64,000 nucleotides of DNA from Anaeramoeba ignava BMAN (GCA_028826165.1 JAPDFW010000059.1:1674001-1738000); one strand, 5' to 3'; shown: positions 12,801 to 26,335, numbered from the stretch's first letter. The notes: a model not told the origin generated them from the letters alone. A program made the numbers and translations.

Positions 12801-15360
12801 GATTATTCCAATTGTGTTATCTTCCGAGCAAGTGTACAAATAGTTTTTTAAAACAGAAATGTGTGTAATTGGGCCTGAATGACCAACAAATTTTCGGATT
12901 AATTTCCCATTCTATATAAATAAATATATAAATAAATATATAAATAAATATATAAATAAATATATAAATAAATATATAAATAAATATATAAATAAATTTA
13001 TAAATAAATATATAAATAAATTTATAAATAAATATATAAATAAATTTATAAATAAATTTATAAATAAATATATAAATATAAATAAATAAATAAATATATA
13101 AATAAAATATAAATAAAAATATAAATAAATATATAAATAAATAAATAAATAAAAAATATATAAATAAAATATATAAAAAATAATAAATAAATATATAAAT
13201 AAATATATAAATAAATATATAAATAAAATATATAAATAAATAAATATATAAAATAAATATAAAATAAATATATATAAATAAATATATAAAATAAATATAT
13301 AAATAAATAAATAAAATATATAAATAAATATAAATTTTTAAATAAATAAAAATAAATATAAATAAATATATAAATAAATATATAAAATAAAAATAAATAA
13401 ATAAATAAATAAAAATATAAACAAAATATAAATAAAAATATAACAACAAATAAATAAATATAAAAAAAAATATAAATAAATTATTATAAATAAATTTATA
13501 AAATAAAATATATAAATAAATTTATAAATAAATTTATAAATAAATATATAAATAAATATATAAATAAATATATAAATAAATAAAAAATTAAATATATAAA
13601 TAAAATATAAATAAAATATAAAAAAATATATATAAATAAAATATAAATAAATAAAAAAATATAAATAAAATTTATAAAATATATAATAAATAAATAAAAT
13701 ATAAATAAATATATAAATAAATTTATAAAATAATTTTTAAAATAATTTTTAAATAATTTTTAAATAATTTTTAAATAAAAATATAAATAAATATATAAAT
13801 AAAATTAAATAAATATATAAATAAATATATAAATAAATTTATAAATAAATTTATAAATAAATATATAAATAAATATATAATTAAATATATAAATAATTTT
13901 TTAAATAAATTTATAAATAAATATATAAATAATTTTTTAAATAAATTTATAAATAAATATATAAATAAAATTTCTGAAATATATAAATAAATATATAATT
14001 AAATATATAAATAAATTTATAAATTTTTAAATAAATATATAAATAAATATATAAATAAATTTGTAAATAAATATATAAATAAATTTATAAATAAAGTTGT
14101 AATTTGCTTACTTTGATATCCCACGCATTTATAGATTTATCTATTATAGAAAATTTAAATTTTAATTGTATAAATAAATTTTAATTTTAATTTGAAAATG
14201 TATATTTACCTGCAGAACCTGTGAAAAGAGTTTTGGTATTTTCATCCAAAAATATGCATAAAACACTATCTGAATGACCAGAAAATTCAATAGATTTTTT
14301 CTTTTTCTAATTTCATTTTCAAAAGAACACAATAAAAAAAAAATTTGAATAAGAAAAAAAGGATAAAAATTACAGTTAAATCCCAAGAAATAGCTTTATC
14401 ATCATCAGCACAAGTAAACAGCATTGGAGCTTTAATGGAAGAATAAATAATTTGGTTTATTTTACCCAAATGACCTTCAAAATTGGAAATTTCTTTTCCT
14501 GTTTTAAGATCCCATTCTCGAATAGTTTTATCCATTCCTCCTGAAAATAAACGTTGTGATTGATCAAAACATAAAGCTGTAATTGGTCCTTGATGACCTT
14601 GAAATTGTGCAATTGATGTTTTTTTGTTAATATCCCAAGCTACAATTAATCCATTCACATCAGCACTAATCAGAACATCATTTTGAATCTTTAAAAGCGA
14701 AATTGGTGCTAAATGCTTTTGGAAAGTACCAATTTTAAGTCCAGTCTGATAAAAAAAAAAGAAACAAAAAAAAATAAAAAAGAAACAAAAAAGAAAGAAA
14801 GAAAAGAAACAAAAGAGAAAGAAAAAAAATAAATATGGTTAAGTTAAAATGGTTATTTAGTTATTTTTGTTTTTTTTTTTTAAAAAAGATTCAAATTTTG
14901 TTTTCCGGTTGATCAAAAATAAATAAGTAAATAATTTTTTTTATTTTTGCGAGTTCAAAGATTTTAAAGAGTAAAAAATGCCAGAAAACATTATGAAAAG
15001 GTGAAAAACACAAAACTTTTAAATTTTAAATTTATTTTTTGATTTTTGGTTTTTCTTACACTTGTTTTGTATTGATAAATCATATAATCATCTCCAGCAG
15101 AAAAATAATGTTCTTCAGTTGCAATAACAACATTTACAGGACCTGAATGATCTTTTGCAACTGAAAGAGGCTTTAAAATATTCTGTAAATATCAAAACAA
15201 AAAAAAAACAAAAAATAAATTTTTAAAATTTAAAAGTTAAAAAGAAAAAAATCTGTCATCATAAATCGTTAAAAAAATTAAAATAAAAACTTTAAAAAAA
15301 ATAATTTACACATGCAACTTGTCTCCATTGCTCAAATAAAAGTTGATATGAAGCATCCAT
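9893..15360 (-). CDS. WD40-repeat / [FeFe]-hydrogenase (group A-like) / flavodoxin fusion protein, multi-exon
   Basis: Spliced by eye from ATG 15360 (MDASYQLLFEQWRQVAC). About eight GH...WD-type repeats, then a [2Fe-2S] domain (LCYHPRL...CKCCVVE...ACAT) and 2x[4Fe-4S] (CIDCARCAQVC, CIACGQCSVFCP). H-cluster motifs TSCCPAW, MPCTGKKQE, EMMACPGGCIGGGGQP, small-subunit-like RKSHNN...LLHTHY, then flavodoxin LFGSQTGTAE...TSTFWEG...FGLGNSTY. Confidence 0.88.
12912..14111 (-). repeat. AT-rich low-complexity intron of the WD40-hydrogenase gene
   Basis: (ATAAATAAAT)n-like array bounded by GTAAG and TAG on the minus strand; joins AWDIK to NGKLIRKF in frame. Confidence 0.8.
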
Positions 15361-15479
15361 TAAAAAAGAAAATGAAAAAAAAAATGAAAAAAAAAAATGA
15401 ATTGAAAAAAAATGAATTAAAAAAAGATTTATTTTTAATCAGTTTTGCTTTTTTTTTTTGTTTTGAATTTATAAAAGAT

Positions 15480-17025
15480 CAAATTAAATAAAACAGATCA
15501 AACTAAATAAAATAGATTAAATTAAATTGATTAAATTAAATTGATTGATCAAATTAAATAGATTAAATTAAATTAAATTGATTTGAATAAATTAAATTAA
15601 ATTGATTAAATTAAATAGATTAAATTAAATTAAATTAAATTAAATTAAATTAAATTAAATTAATTAAATTAGATTAAATTAAATTAATTAAATTGATTAA
15701 ATTAAATTAAATTAAATTAAATTAAATTAAATTAAATTAAATTAAATTAATTAAATTAAAATTAAATTAAATAAATTAAATAGATTAAATTGATTAAATT
15801 AAATTAAATTAAATTAAATTAAATTAAATTGATTAAATTAAATTAAATTAAATTAAATTAAATTGAATTAAATTAAATTAAATAGATTAAATAAATTAAA
15901 TAAAATTGAATTAAATTAAATTAAATTAAAATCAAATTAAATTAAATTAAATTAAATTGATTAAATTAAATTGATTAAATTAAATTGATTAAATTAAATT
16001 GATTAAATTAAATTAAATTAAATTAATTGTAAATTAAATTAAATTAAATTAAATTAAATTAAATTAAATTAAATTAAATAGATTAAATTAAATTAAATTA
16101 AATTAAAATTAAATTGATTAAATTAAATTAAATTGATTTAAATTAAATTAAATTAAATTAAATTAAATTGAAATTAAATTTAAATTAAATTAAAATTAAA
16201 TTAAATTGATTAAATTAAATTGATTAAATTAAATTAAATTAAATAAAATTAAATTAAATTGATTAAAATTAAAAGATTAAAATAAAAATTGATTAAATTA
16301 AATTAAATTAAATTGATTAAATTAAATTGATCAAATTAAATTAAATTAAATTAAAATTAAATTTAAATTAAATTGATTAAATTAAATTAAATTAAATTAA
16401 ATTAAATTAAATTAAATTAAATTAAATTAAATTAAATTAAATTAAATTAAAATAAATTGATTAAATTAATTGATTAAATTAAATAGATTAAATTAAATTA
16501 AATTAAATTAATTAAAATTAAATAGATTAAAATAGATTTGATTAAATTAAATAGAAATAGATTTGATTAAATTAAATAGATTAAATTAAATAGATTTGAT
16601 TAAAATTAAATAGATTAAATTAAATAAAATTGATTAAATTAAATTAAAATTAGATTAAATTAAATTAATTAAATTAAATTAGATTAAATTAAATTGATTA
16701 AAATTAAATTAAATTTAAATTGATTAAATTAAATTGATTAAATTAAATTGATTAAATTAAATTGATTAAATTAAATTGATTAAATTAAATTGAATTGATT
16801 AAATTAAATAGATTAAATTGAATTAAATTGATTAAATTAAATAGATTTGATTAAATTGAATAAATTAAATTAAATAAAATAAATTAAAATTAAATTAAAT
16901 TGATTAAATTAAATTGATTAAATTAAATTGATTAAATTAAATTGATTAAATTAAATTGATTAAATTAAATAGATTAAATAGATTAAATTAAATTGATTAA
17001 ATTAAATTGAATAAGATAAAATTAA
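15480..17025. repeat. Intergenic (AAATT)n satellite with AAATTGATT variants
   Basis: About 1.5 kb pentamer array. Confidence 0.9.
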
Positions 17026-17267
17026 AATGGATATAAATTCTTGTTGGAAATTGTGGAAAATTGATTTTATTTTTTTTTGTTTTGAAAAAAAAGTAAAAAA
17101 AAGTAAATAAATTTGAGTTGAAATTTTTGATTGAAAATTTGGTTATCTTCAATTTTGATTATTGTTTTTTTTATTTTTATTTTTTTCCTTTGTGTCCTGT
17201 TGTTGTTGCTTTATTTCTTTGTCCTGTTGGAGTTTTATGTGAAGATTTTTGATGGTTACTATGTTGT

Positions 17268-17429
17268 TTATTTGGAGTTGATGGTTTTTGAAGAGAATAT
17301 TTTATTATAAAGTTCATCGTATTCTTTTTTGATTTCTTCAAGAAATTTTTTTTGTTCTTCTTTGCCCATTTGTAAATCAGGTAGTATTTCATCTTGTGTT
17401 GAATTGAAAGGTCGATAATAACTGGACAT
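17268..17429 (-). CDS. Small hypothetical protein (about 53 aa; may extend to 17177 across a frameshift)
   Basis: ATG 17429 (MSSYYRPFNSTQDEILPDLQMGKEEQKKFLEE...), coding-like composition, preceded by the TTTTTCATTTTT leader seen before other genes. Confidence 0.4.
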   Translation of the reverse strand: MSSYYRPFNSTQDEILPDLQMGKEEQKKFLEEIKKEYDELYNKIFSSKTINSK

Positions 17430-17558
17430 TTTAGAAAAAAAAAGAGGAAAAAAATGAAAAATGAAAAATGAAAAAAAAAAAGGAAAAAAAAAAAAGAAAA
17501 AGAAAATTTTTGTTTCATTTTTCATTTTTCATTTTTCATTTTTATTTCTTTTCTAATA

Positions 17559-20500
17559 ATGACTGCACCAAGTTTAAAAACAGTAACAATTGAAGATCGA
17601 GCTTTAATTGACTCTTTAATGAAAAATAAAAAGGAAAAAGTATTATTTTATACTTGGATTCGAAAACAAAAAACAGAAAAAAAGATTGAAGACAGAATTT
17701 TAATTATAACAAAATATCGAGTATTAACAATTGGAAAAAGAAAAGGAGGAATTAAAAAAAAGGTTTTTAAAAAAAAATAAATTGAAAAAAATTGAATAAA
17801 AAAAAGTAAATTTAATTTTATTAATAATTTGTTTTTTTTGAGTAGATTTGTAGAAATGGGCATTTATTTGAATTGAAAGAATTAACAAGTTTTAACGACC
17901 AACATGTAATGAATAAAATTTGAGTATTTGAGAAAAGAAAGTGAAAATTTTAAAATAACAAAAAAAATTTAATAGGTTTTAATGGTATTTGAAAAATTTC
18001 GAATTGATGCTTATTCAACAGAAAGTGATGAGATGGTTGAAACTATATTGACAAATTATTTAACAATAAGCCAAGGCTTTCCTCCTGATTTATTTGTCAA
18101 ATTTGTTTGTGAACCTGAAGGCCGGTATATTTTTGTTTTAATTTTTTTTTAAGAAATGAGGAAAAAAATTTAAAAGAAAAATTAAATTATTTTTTTTCTT
18201 ATTTTTTGTTTTAGGCTTGGTCCTTTTGATTTAAGTAATAGAAACTAAATTAAAAATAAAATTCAAATTAAAATTCAAAATCAAATTAAAAATTCAAATC
18301 AAAATTAAATCAAAAATAAATTCAAAATTAAAAATTAAAATTCAAATTAAAATTAAAAATTAAAAATAAATTGAATTGTAAAGAAAAAAAGCCAGGTTTT
18401 GGTATTGCTCAAATGTATAAGGCTTGGTGTAACTTCCACGAAACAATACCAAATAAAGAATTTATTAGTTTTATGATAAAAGACACTATATCAAATGAAG
18501 AAATGGAAACAACAGCATTAGATTTCACAAAATTTCCAGGAACAGTAACATTACTTTCGAATTCAAAAGACATAGATCCAATTATAGATACACTGAAATA
18601 CAACAAGTATTTTAGAACACTTATCATCAAAGGAATCAAGAAGGATTTGATCACTTCAATAAGCCGATCAATTCGAGAAAACACAACTTTAAGTCGGATA
18701 ACATTAAGCGGTTTCAATTCATCATCAGGAATCGATTTATTGGGACAAGCACTTGAATCAAACAAGAACCTACCTTTAAAATATCTCGATATCTCATTCA
18801 ACAAAATCACTTCTTCAACTGTAAATAACGGTTTGGGTATCGGCTTAAAAGAAATGAAGAGCGGTTTGGAAACACTCAATGTTTCTTACTGTGATATGCC
18901 GAGTAAACCAACAGCTCGCTTTTTCCAGTTCCTTTCAGGAAATAAAAATCATACCATTTTCTCATTGAATGTATCTGGAAATGCTTTCAGAAAAAAAGGT
19001 TCATTGGCCTTTGCAGAGTGGATCAAATCCATCAAAGAAACAGATTTTCTTGAATCACTAGACATTTCAAAATGCCAAATTAATTTCCCTTTCGTTTTCA
19101 ATGCTCTAAATGAGCACTATCGAACAAAAAAATTGCGAATATTAGATCTTTCAGAAAACAAAATACAGAAAAATTCAATAAAAAGCATAAGAGAATTTAT
19201 TAAGAACACAACTTCGCTCTCAGAAATCAATCTAACGGAAACAAATCTATTACAAGAGGAAGTTGCACAAGTTTTGGAAGACATCTTATCAAATTCAAAA
19301 CTGAAAAATTTCGTGCTCATAATTGGAGGAAATACAATTGGGCCTAAAGGAGCAAGTTTGATCACAGAAATTTTTAAAAAATATCCTGATTCTCAAACAT
19401 TATCCGAACTTGTGATCGATGATTGCGGTTTTGGAGCTGAAGGAATTACAAACTTGTTTGGTGATACTTCTTCAGGAATATTTCTCAACAAATCCTTGCG
19501 CAAGCTTTCTTTGTCTCGCAATGTAGAGAAGGTCAAACTGACAAAGCTCAACGTTTCTCATCTTGCAAATATACTTTCTCATTCTTCACTTGAATATCTC
19601 AGAATTAGAGGAAACAACAAATATTCTCTCGGATCAGGAATGAAAGAGGCTCTTGCATCAATGAAAACACTTGATGTGCTTGTTCTTGATATAATTGGAA
19701 ATGATATCGGTGGATTGGGTGTAAATGAACTTGCCAGAATTCTTTCAGAAAAATCCACAAAAACTCTCTCCATTCATTTCGATTATAACAAAAATACTCT
19801 GTCTTCCATACAAAGTTTGGCTTATTGTTTCAAATCAAATACAACTCTCATGTCGGTTCAATGGCCAAAATTCGATGTAAACAAAATGGTTGTTTCTGCA
19901 AATAAAAAGGAAAAGAAAAATCTGAGAAAAAACTTAAAGAGTTTGAAGGAAGAAATAATGAAGGCATCATCTGATAATAACACAGGAATTGAAATACCAA
20001 CAATGTCTTCAGATCATTATGAATTGCGTTTTGCAAAAATTCGTCAAATTGGTTTGGGAGAAGATGAGACTCAATATTGGTCCGAATATGAAAATTTCAA
20101 ATCAATTACTTCTGGTAAAAATTATTTAGAAATTTTATTTTAAATTTTATTTATTTTTATTTTAATTTATTTTGAATATAAAATAGATTTCGAAACAGAA
20201 ACTGAAGAAAGTGAATCAAATATTGCTCATAATTTAGAAGATAATATAAAAAGTCCTCCTTTAGCAAAACAACAAAACAAAATTCTGGAAAATATTATTC
20301 CTCCTCCTTTAAATGATAAAGATATTCAAAATCTAGAAAATATTATTCCTCCTCCTTTAAATGATAAAGATATTCAAAATTTAGAAAATATTATTCCTCC
20401 TCCTTTAAATGATAAAGATATTCAAAATCTGGAAAATATTATTCCTCCTCCTTTAAATGATAAAGATATTCAAAATCTAGAAAATATTATTCCTCCTCCT

Positions 20501-20569
20501 TTAAATGATAAAGATCTTCAAAATCTAGAAAATATTATTCCTCCTCCTTTAAATGATAAAGAAAACTAA
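17559..20569 (+). CDS. CARMIL/LRRC16-like protein (N-terminal PH-like domain, RI-type LRRs, Pro-rich C-terminal repeat), multi-exon
   Basis: EDRILIITKYRV PH-like start, YKAWCNF linker, LKYNKYFRTL, numerous LxxLxLSxN repeats. Confidence 0.75.
20285..20566 (+). repeat. Coding 48-bp tandem repeat (LENIIPPPLNDKDIQN), about 6 copies
   Basis: Near-identical units starting at 20285, 20333, 20381, 20429, 20477 and 20525. Confidence 0.9.
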
Positions 20570-20859
20570 AAAAAAATGGAATCAATTTTCTTCAATCTAT
20601 TTTTTGATAATAATTTTTATAAGTTTTATCCTCTTTCATTTCGATTCAAGAAACAAAAAAAAGTTTCAATTCAAGATTTTTTTTTTGTTTTGTTTCTTTT
20701 TTATTTTTTAATTTTACTTTTGATTTTTACTTTTAACTTTCGAAAAAAAGCAAAAAAAAAAAAAAAAGTGGAATTTGAAAGAAAAAAAAATTTTTTTTTT
20801 TTGGAATTTGTTTGTTTCAAAAAAAGAAAAAGAAAAAGGAAAAGAAAAAGAAATTTCAA

Positions 20860-23800
20860 TTAATTGTAACCACCTCTTGGAGCAACAACAATATTTTTTT
20901 TAACTTCAGCATTACTTTTAATAGCACTAGACCAAGAAACATAACCAGGTAATTGTGCAGTTTTACGAGCTCTTGGAAATCTAGTATTTTGATTTTGTGA
21001 ACGATAAGAAGGAGGTGAATAACTAGTATTTGAATTTTGATTAACTCTTGTTCTTGGTGGTGATGAAACTGTTTGATTTATTCCTGAAAAAGCTAATCCA
21101 GTTCTTGATACATTTGTTCTTGGTTTTGGAAATTTTGGTTCATTTCCTGTTGATGATCTCCATGTAGTTTTTCTTAAATTTTGTTGTGGATTGTAAAAAT
21201 TAGTTGTTCTTCTTGTTTGATATCCAAATTGTGAAAATGTATTTGCTTCTTTTCCTGGCCAACTTCTTCTTCTTGAATATGAACTCATTAAATCATCTAA
21301 ATCAATTATTTCATGTTTTCTGTTTATTGTTAATCCTAATCTTGCTGATTGTGATGTTATTCCTGGTTTTGCTGTTGAATAAACCATTCTAAGTTGAATT
21401 GGTGAATTTGGTGGACATGAATAAATGAAATCTAAAATTTGAATTTAAAATTCAATTTGAAATTAAAATTCAATTTGAAATTAAAATTTATTTATAAATT
21501 AAAATTCATTTTGAAATTAAAATTCAATTTGAAATTTAAATTCATTTTGAAATTAAAATTCATTTTGAAATTAAAATTCATTTTGAAATTAAAATTCAAT
21601 TTGAAATTAAAATTTATTTGAAATTAAAATTCAATTTGAAATTGAAATTAAATTTGAAATTAAAATTCAATTTGAAATTAAAATTCAATTTAAAATTAAT
21701 TTTGAAATTAAAATTCATTTTGAAATTAAAATTCATTTTGAAATTAAAATTCATTTTGAAATTAAAATTCATTTTGAAATTAAAATTCATTTTAAAATTA
21801 AAATTCATTTTAAAATTAAAATTCAATTTGAAATTAAAATTTATTTTGAAATTAAAATTCATTTTAAAATTAAAATTAAATTTGAAATTAAAATTCAATT
21901 TGAAATTAAAATTCATTTTAAAATTAAAATTCATTTTAAAATTAAAATTCATTTTGAAATTAAAATTAATTTTGAAATTGAAATTCATTTTGAAATTAAA
22001 ATTCAATTTGAAATTAAAATTCAATTTGAAATTAAAATTCAATTTGAAATTAAAATTCATTTGAAATTGAAATTAAAATTCAATTAAAATTAAATTTAAA
22101 ATCGGATAAAAAATTATTATTTACGTGTTACTGTCCTATCTTGATGAAGATAAAAACGAGGTTGATCTTTATCAATATATTCTTTAATATCTTCTGGTGA
22201 TCCTCTTTGAAGTCTTTTCTTTGATCCAATTATAATTTCTTTTTTATTTTGAGATATTTGAAGTTCAATCCAATTAAATTCTCCATTAATAAATTCTTTT
22301 ATTGAATTTTCTACTTCATTATTAAATGGAATTTCAACTGAATGATATCCTCCTATTTTTTTAGTTAAAGATTGTTGTGTTTCCATTTCAAATCTTGCTG
22401 TATCTTCCATTTCTCTTGCTTTAAATCTTAATATTTCTCCTCTACTCCATGGTTTAAATGATTTATCTTTACTTTGTTGATAATCATTCCAAGAAAATAC
22501 TTTCTTTTTCATTTCATTTCATTTAATTTAATTTAATATTTATTATTTAATTTTTATTATTTATTATTTAATATTTAATATTTAATATTTAATATTTAAT
22601 ATTTAATATTTATTATTTAATATTTAATATTTAATATTTAATATTTAATATTTAATTTTTAATATTTAATTTTTAATATTTATTTTAATATTTATTATTT
22701 ATTATTTAATATTTATTATTTAATATTTAATTTAATATTTAATATTTAATATTTTATTATTTATATTTTATTATTTTATTATTTAATTTTTAATTTATTA
22801 TTTAATATTTAATATTTAATATTTAATATTTAATATTTAATTTTTAATATTTAATTTTTAATATTTATTTTAATATTTATTATTTATTATTTAATATTTA
22901 ATATTTTAATATTTAATATTTATTGTTTTAATTTTTAATTTTTTTTAATATTTAATATTTAATATTTAATATTTTATTATTTATTATTTATATATTTAAT
23001 ATTTTAATATTTATTATTTAATATTTAATATTTAATATTTAATTTTTAATATTTATTATTTAATATTTATTATTTATTATTTAATATTTAATATTTAATT
23101 TTTAATATTTAATATTTTGTCATTTAATATTTAATATTTTAATATTTAATATTTAATATTTAATATTTAATATTTAATATTTTAATATTTAATATTTAAT
23201 TTAATATTTAATATTTTTAATATTTAATTTTTTTAATATTTAATATTTTATTATTTAATGATTTTATTTAATATTTAATATTTATTATTTTTAATATTTA
23301 ATATTTAATATTTAATATTTTATTTAATATTTATTATTTAATATTTATTATTTATTATTTAATATTTAATATTTAATATTTAATATTTAATATTTAATAT
23401 TTAATATTTAATATTTAATATTTAATATTTAATATTTAATTTTTATTATTTATTATTTATTATTTATTATTTAATATTTATTATTTAATATTTAATATTT
23501 ATTTAATTTAATTAAGGAATAATAAAGTATACAATATCAGAAACTTGCCAAGTATCTGTAAGAAGTTTTCCAACAAAATTTTTTAAAATATTTGTAGAAG
23601 ATGAATAAGTCATTTTTTCACGAACTTTAGCATCATCAGGAACAAAATTAATTAATAACCATTTTGGATGATTTCTTGGTGAATCTTTTAATTTATATAA
23701 AATATAATTAGGTTCATCTGCTTTTAATTCTTTTTTAATTTTTTCAAAATCTGAATTTGATGTTGTGCTTAATGAATCATCCATAACATATATTGCTTCT

Positions 23801-23988
23801 AATTCATTTTCTTGTTCAAATCCAATTATAATTGCTCTTGTTTTATCTGATTCAAATGATTGTTGAAGTTTTTCTTTAACTTTTTATTATTAATTGTTTA
23901 TTATTTATTGTTTATTTTAATTTTAAATTTTTGCTTTTTTTGTTGTTTTATTTTATTTTTGCTTTTTACTTTTAGATGAAAGTGTCAT
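20860..23988 (-). CDS. Twinfilin-like protein (two ADF-H domains plus extended basic tail), multi-exon
   Basis: WLLINFVPDDAKVREKMTYSSS (ADF-H1), DQPRFYL and FIYSCPPNSPIQLRMVYSTAK (ADF-H2), FPKPR tail; first exon MTLSSK. Confidence 0.8.
21432..22124 (-). repeat. Intronic 18-bp tandem repeat (TTGAAATTAAAATTCA(A/T)T)n
   Basis: Regular 18-mer array within a GT-AG intron. Confidence 0.85.
22512..23530 (-). repeat. Intronic (TAATATT)n heptamer microsatellite
   Basis: About 1 kb of almost AT-only array between twinfilin exons. Confidence 0.85.
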
Positions 23989-24257
23989 GATAATTATAAT
24001 TAATTTTAATAATTTATAATTATTTATTATTAATAATTTGTTTTCTGTTTTTTTTAAAAATGAAAAAATGAAAAAATGAAAAAAATGAAAAAATGAAAAA
24101 TGAAATTTTTAATTTTTAATTTATAATTTAAATTTAAATCTAATTCAATTTGACATTTTTTTCTTTTTCTTTTTGTTTAATTTGTTTTTTTTAATTTAAA
24201 AAATATTTTTCATTTTTTTCATTTTTTTCATTTTTTTTAATTTGTTTTTTTTTTAAT

Positions 24258-26212
24258 ATGATAAATAATAAAATTTTATTAAATTTATTTTCATTATTTA
24301 TTTTTTTTAAATTTACAGAAGGAATGGTAGAAGATTTTTCAATAGAAATGAATCAAAAAGTTTTACAATTTTATATTTTTGGTTTTTATGAAAATGGAAC
24401 AATAAACATGACAATATCAAAATCTGTAAAACATTTTATTTAATTTTAATAAAAATAAAAAATATTTTAATTTTCTAATAAATAATTTTCTAAAAAGCCA
24501 ACAAAATCAGAAAGTCATTATGTTGTTTTGTCCATTTTCATTATTAAAAATGTAAAAATTAATTTAAAAATTTATAAAAAAAATTTAAATTATTAAAATT
24601 ATTTAAATTATTTTTTTAAAAAGCTTGGTCAACTTTCTGAAGATGATTTTTGTAGTAATAATAATAATAATGGTGAAAGTGGAAATATACTTGGTTGTTA
24701 TCTTGATATTCCTTTTAATGATACTTTTACAAATTTTACGATAATTCCAAATAAAGATCATTATTTCTTTTTTATAACAAATTGTGCAAAAGATGAAACA
24801 AATTTTCAAGTATTATTATTATTTTAAATTAAATTTTAAATATTAATAATAATAATATTATTATTATTATTTAGTTTGATTTTACTTTAATGAATCCAAA
24901 TGGACAACATCTTAGTTCAGATTATGTTTTATTTCCAAAAATTTATTTGGTTTCATTATTCATTTCATTAATTCTTTTTATTGCTTGGATTTTTAATTGG
25001 ATTAAACATAAAAAACAAAAAATTCCACTTCATTCTGTAATAACTACAATGTTTTTTTTACAAGTAATAAATTTAGCATTTAATCTTAATTATTGGAGAA
25101 CTTTATCAAAATATGGTATTTATTTAATAATAATTTTAATTATAATTTTATAAATGAATTTATTTCAATTTTAATTTTATAAATGAATTTTAATTTTAAT
25201 TTTGTAAATAATTTTAGGAAAAATTGAAACAAATTTCCAATTATTAATATCAACTGTAGAAGTTCTTTCACAATTCTTTTTCTTCGTAACAATTATACTT
25301 ATTGCTAAAGGATGGTGTATAACATTTGAAACATTAAATCCATCAGATAGGAAAATAATAAATGGATTAATAGGATTTTTAGTTATTATTCTTCAACTTT
25401 TAAAAATTGTTTCATCAAGATTTGAAATACTTTATTTATTTGGATGTGTTGTTTTTTATTATATTTTATTAAGAACAACATTTGATGCAATTTCTTCAAA
25501 TAAAAGAATTTTGAAAATTCATTTAATTTTAATTAGAGATGAAGGAATAGATCCATTATCAACTCCTGTTTATTCAAAATATTTACTTTTTAAAAAATTC
25601 AAACATTTATTATTTGGATTTTTTTTCCTTGAATTTAATGTACAGAATAATTTAAATTTTAATTTTAATTTAAATTTAAATAATTTTTAAATTTTAATTT
25701 TTATAGGGAATTTTTACAATAACTTTTCTTTTATTTTATCCTTGGATTACTCAAATAATGTTACTTTTAGCAGAATTATTAATGTTAGTTGGAATTGGAT
25801 TTATATTTAGATTAAGAAATTTAGATCCAATTTTTCAAAGAATTCAAGAAATTGATCAAGAAAATCCATCAAATTTAAGATTAACAGGAGGAGATGTAAG
25901 AATTATTATTTATTTTATTATTTTATTTATTTTATTATTATTTGTATTTTTTAGGATATTATTTCAGGTGAATTAGAAGCACCAAATTTATCTAAATGGG
26001 AATATGGAAATCCTTTAGTAAAAAAAATAATTTTAATTTTAATTTTAATTTTAATTTTAATTTTAATTTAAAAAAAAAAGCCAAAATCAAAATTAGATAT
26101 TAATCCTTCTGTACTTTTAATTGAAAATCCAAATTTAAGTGAAAATGAAATAATTGAAATTGCTTTTCAAGAAGATAAAGAACAAGAAAATATTAAATTT
26201 GAAAAGATTTGA
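24258..26212 (+). CDS. GPR107/GPR108-like (lung seven-transmembrane/GOST family) membrane protein, multi-exon
   Basis: Signal peptide, FGFYENGTI, MNPNGQHLSSDYVLFPKIY, KIPLHSVIT, LIAKGWCI, multiple hydrophobic helices, GFIFRLR. Confidence 0.7.
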
Positions 26213-26335
26213 AAAAGATTTAAATTTTAATCCAAATTTCATAATCCAAAAAAATTTGTTTTTTAAAAAATCTTTTTTCTTTTTTCTTTTTCTTTTGGAA
26301 AAGAATTGAATAAATAAAATTAAAATAAAATCTCA

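Noticed and set aside
15480-17025. Satellite as telomere or centromere
   Set aside because: Internal location, no G-rich telomeric unit, and similar arrays are frequent throughout the window.
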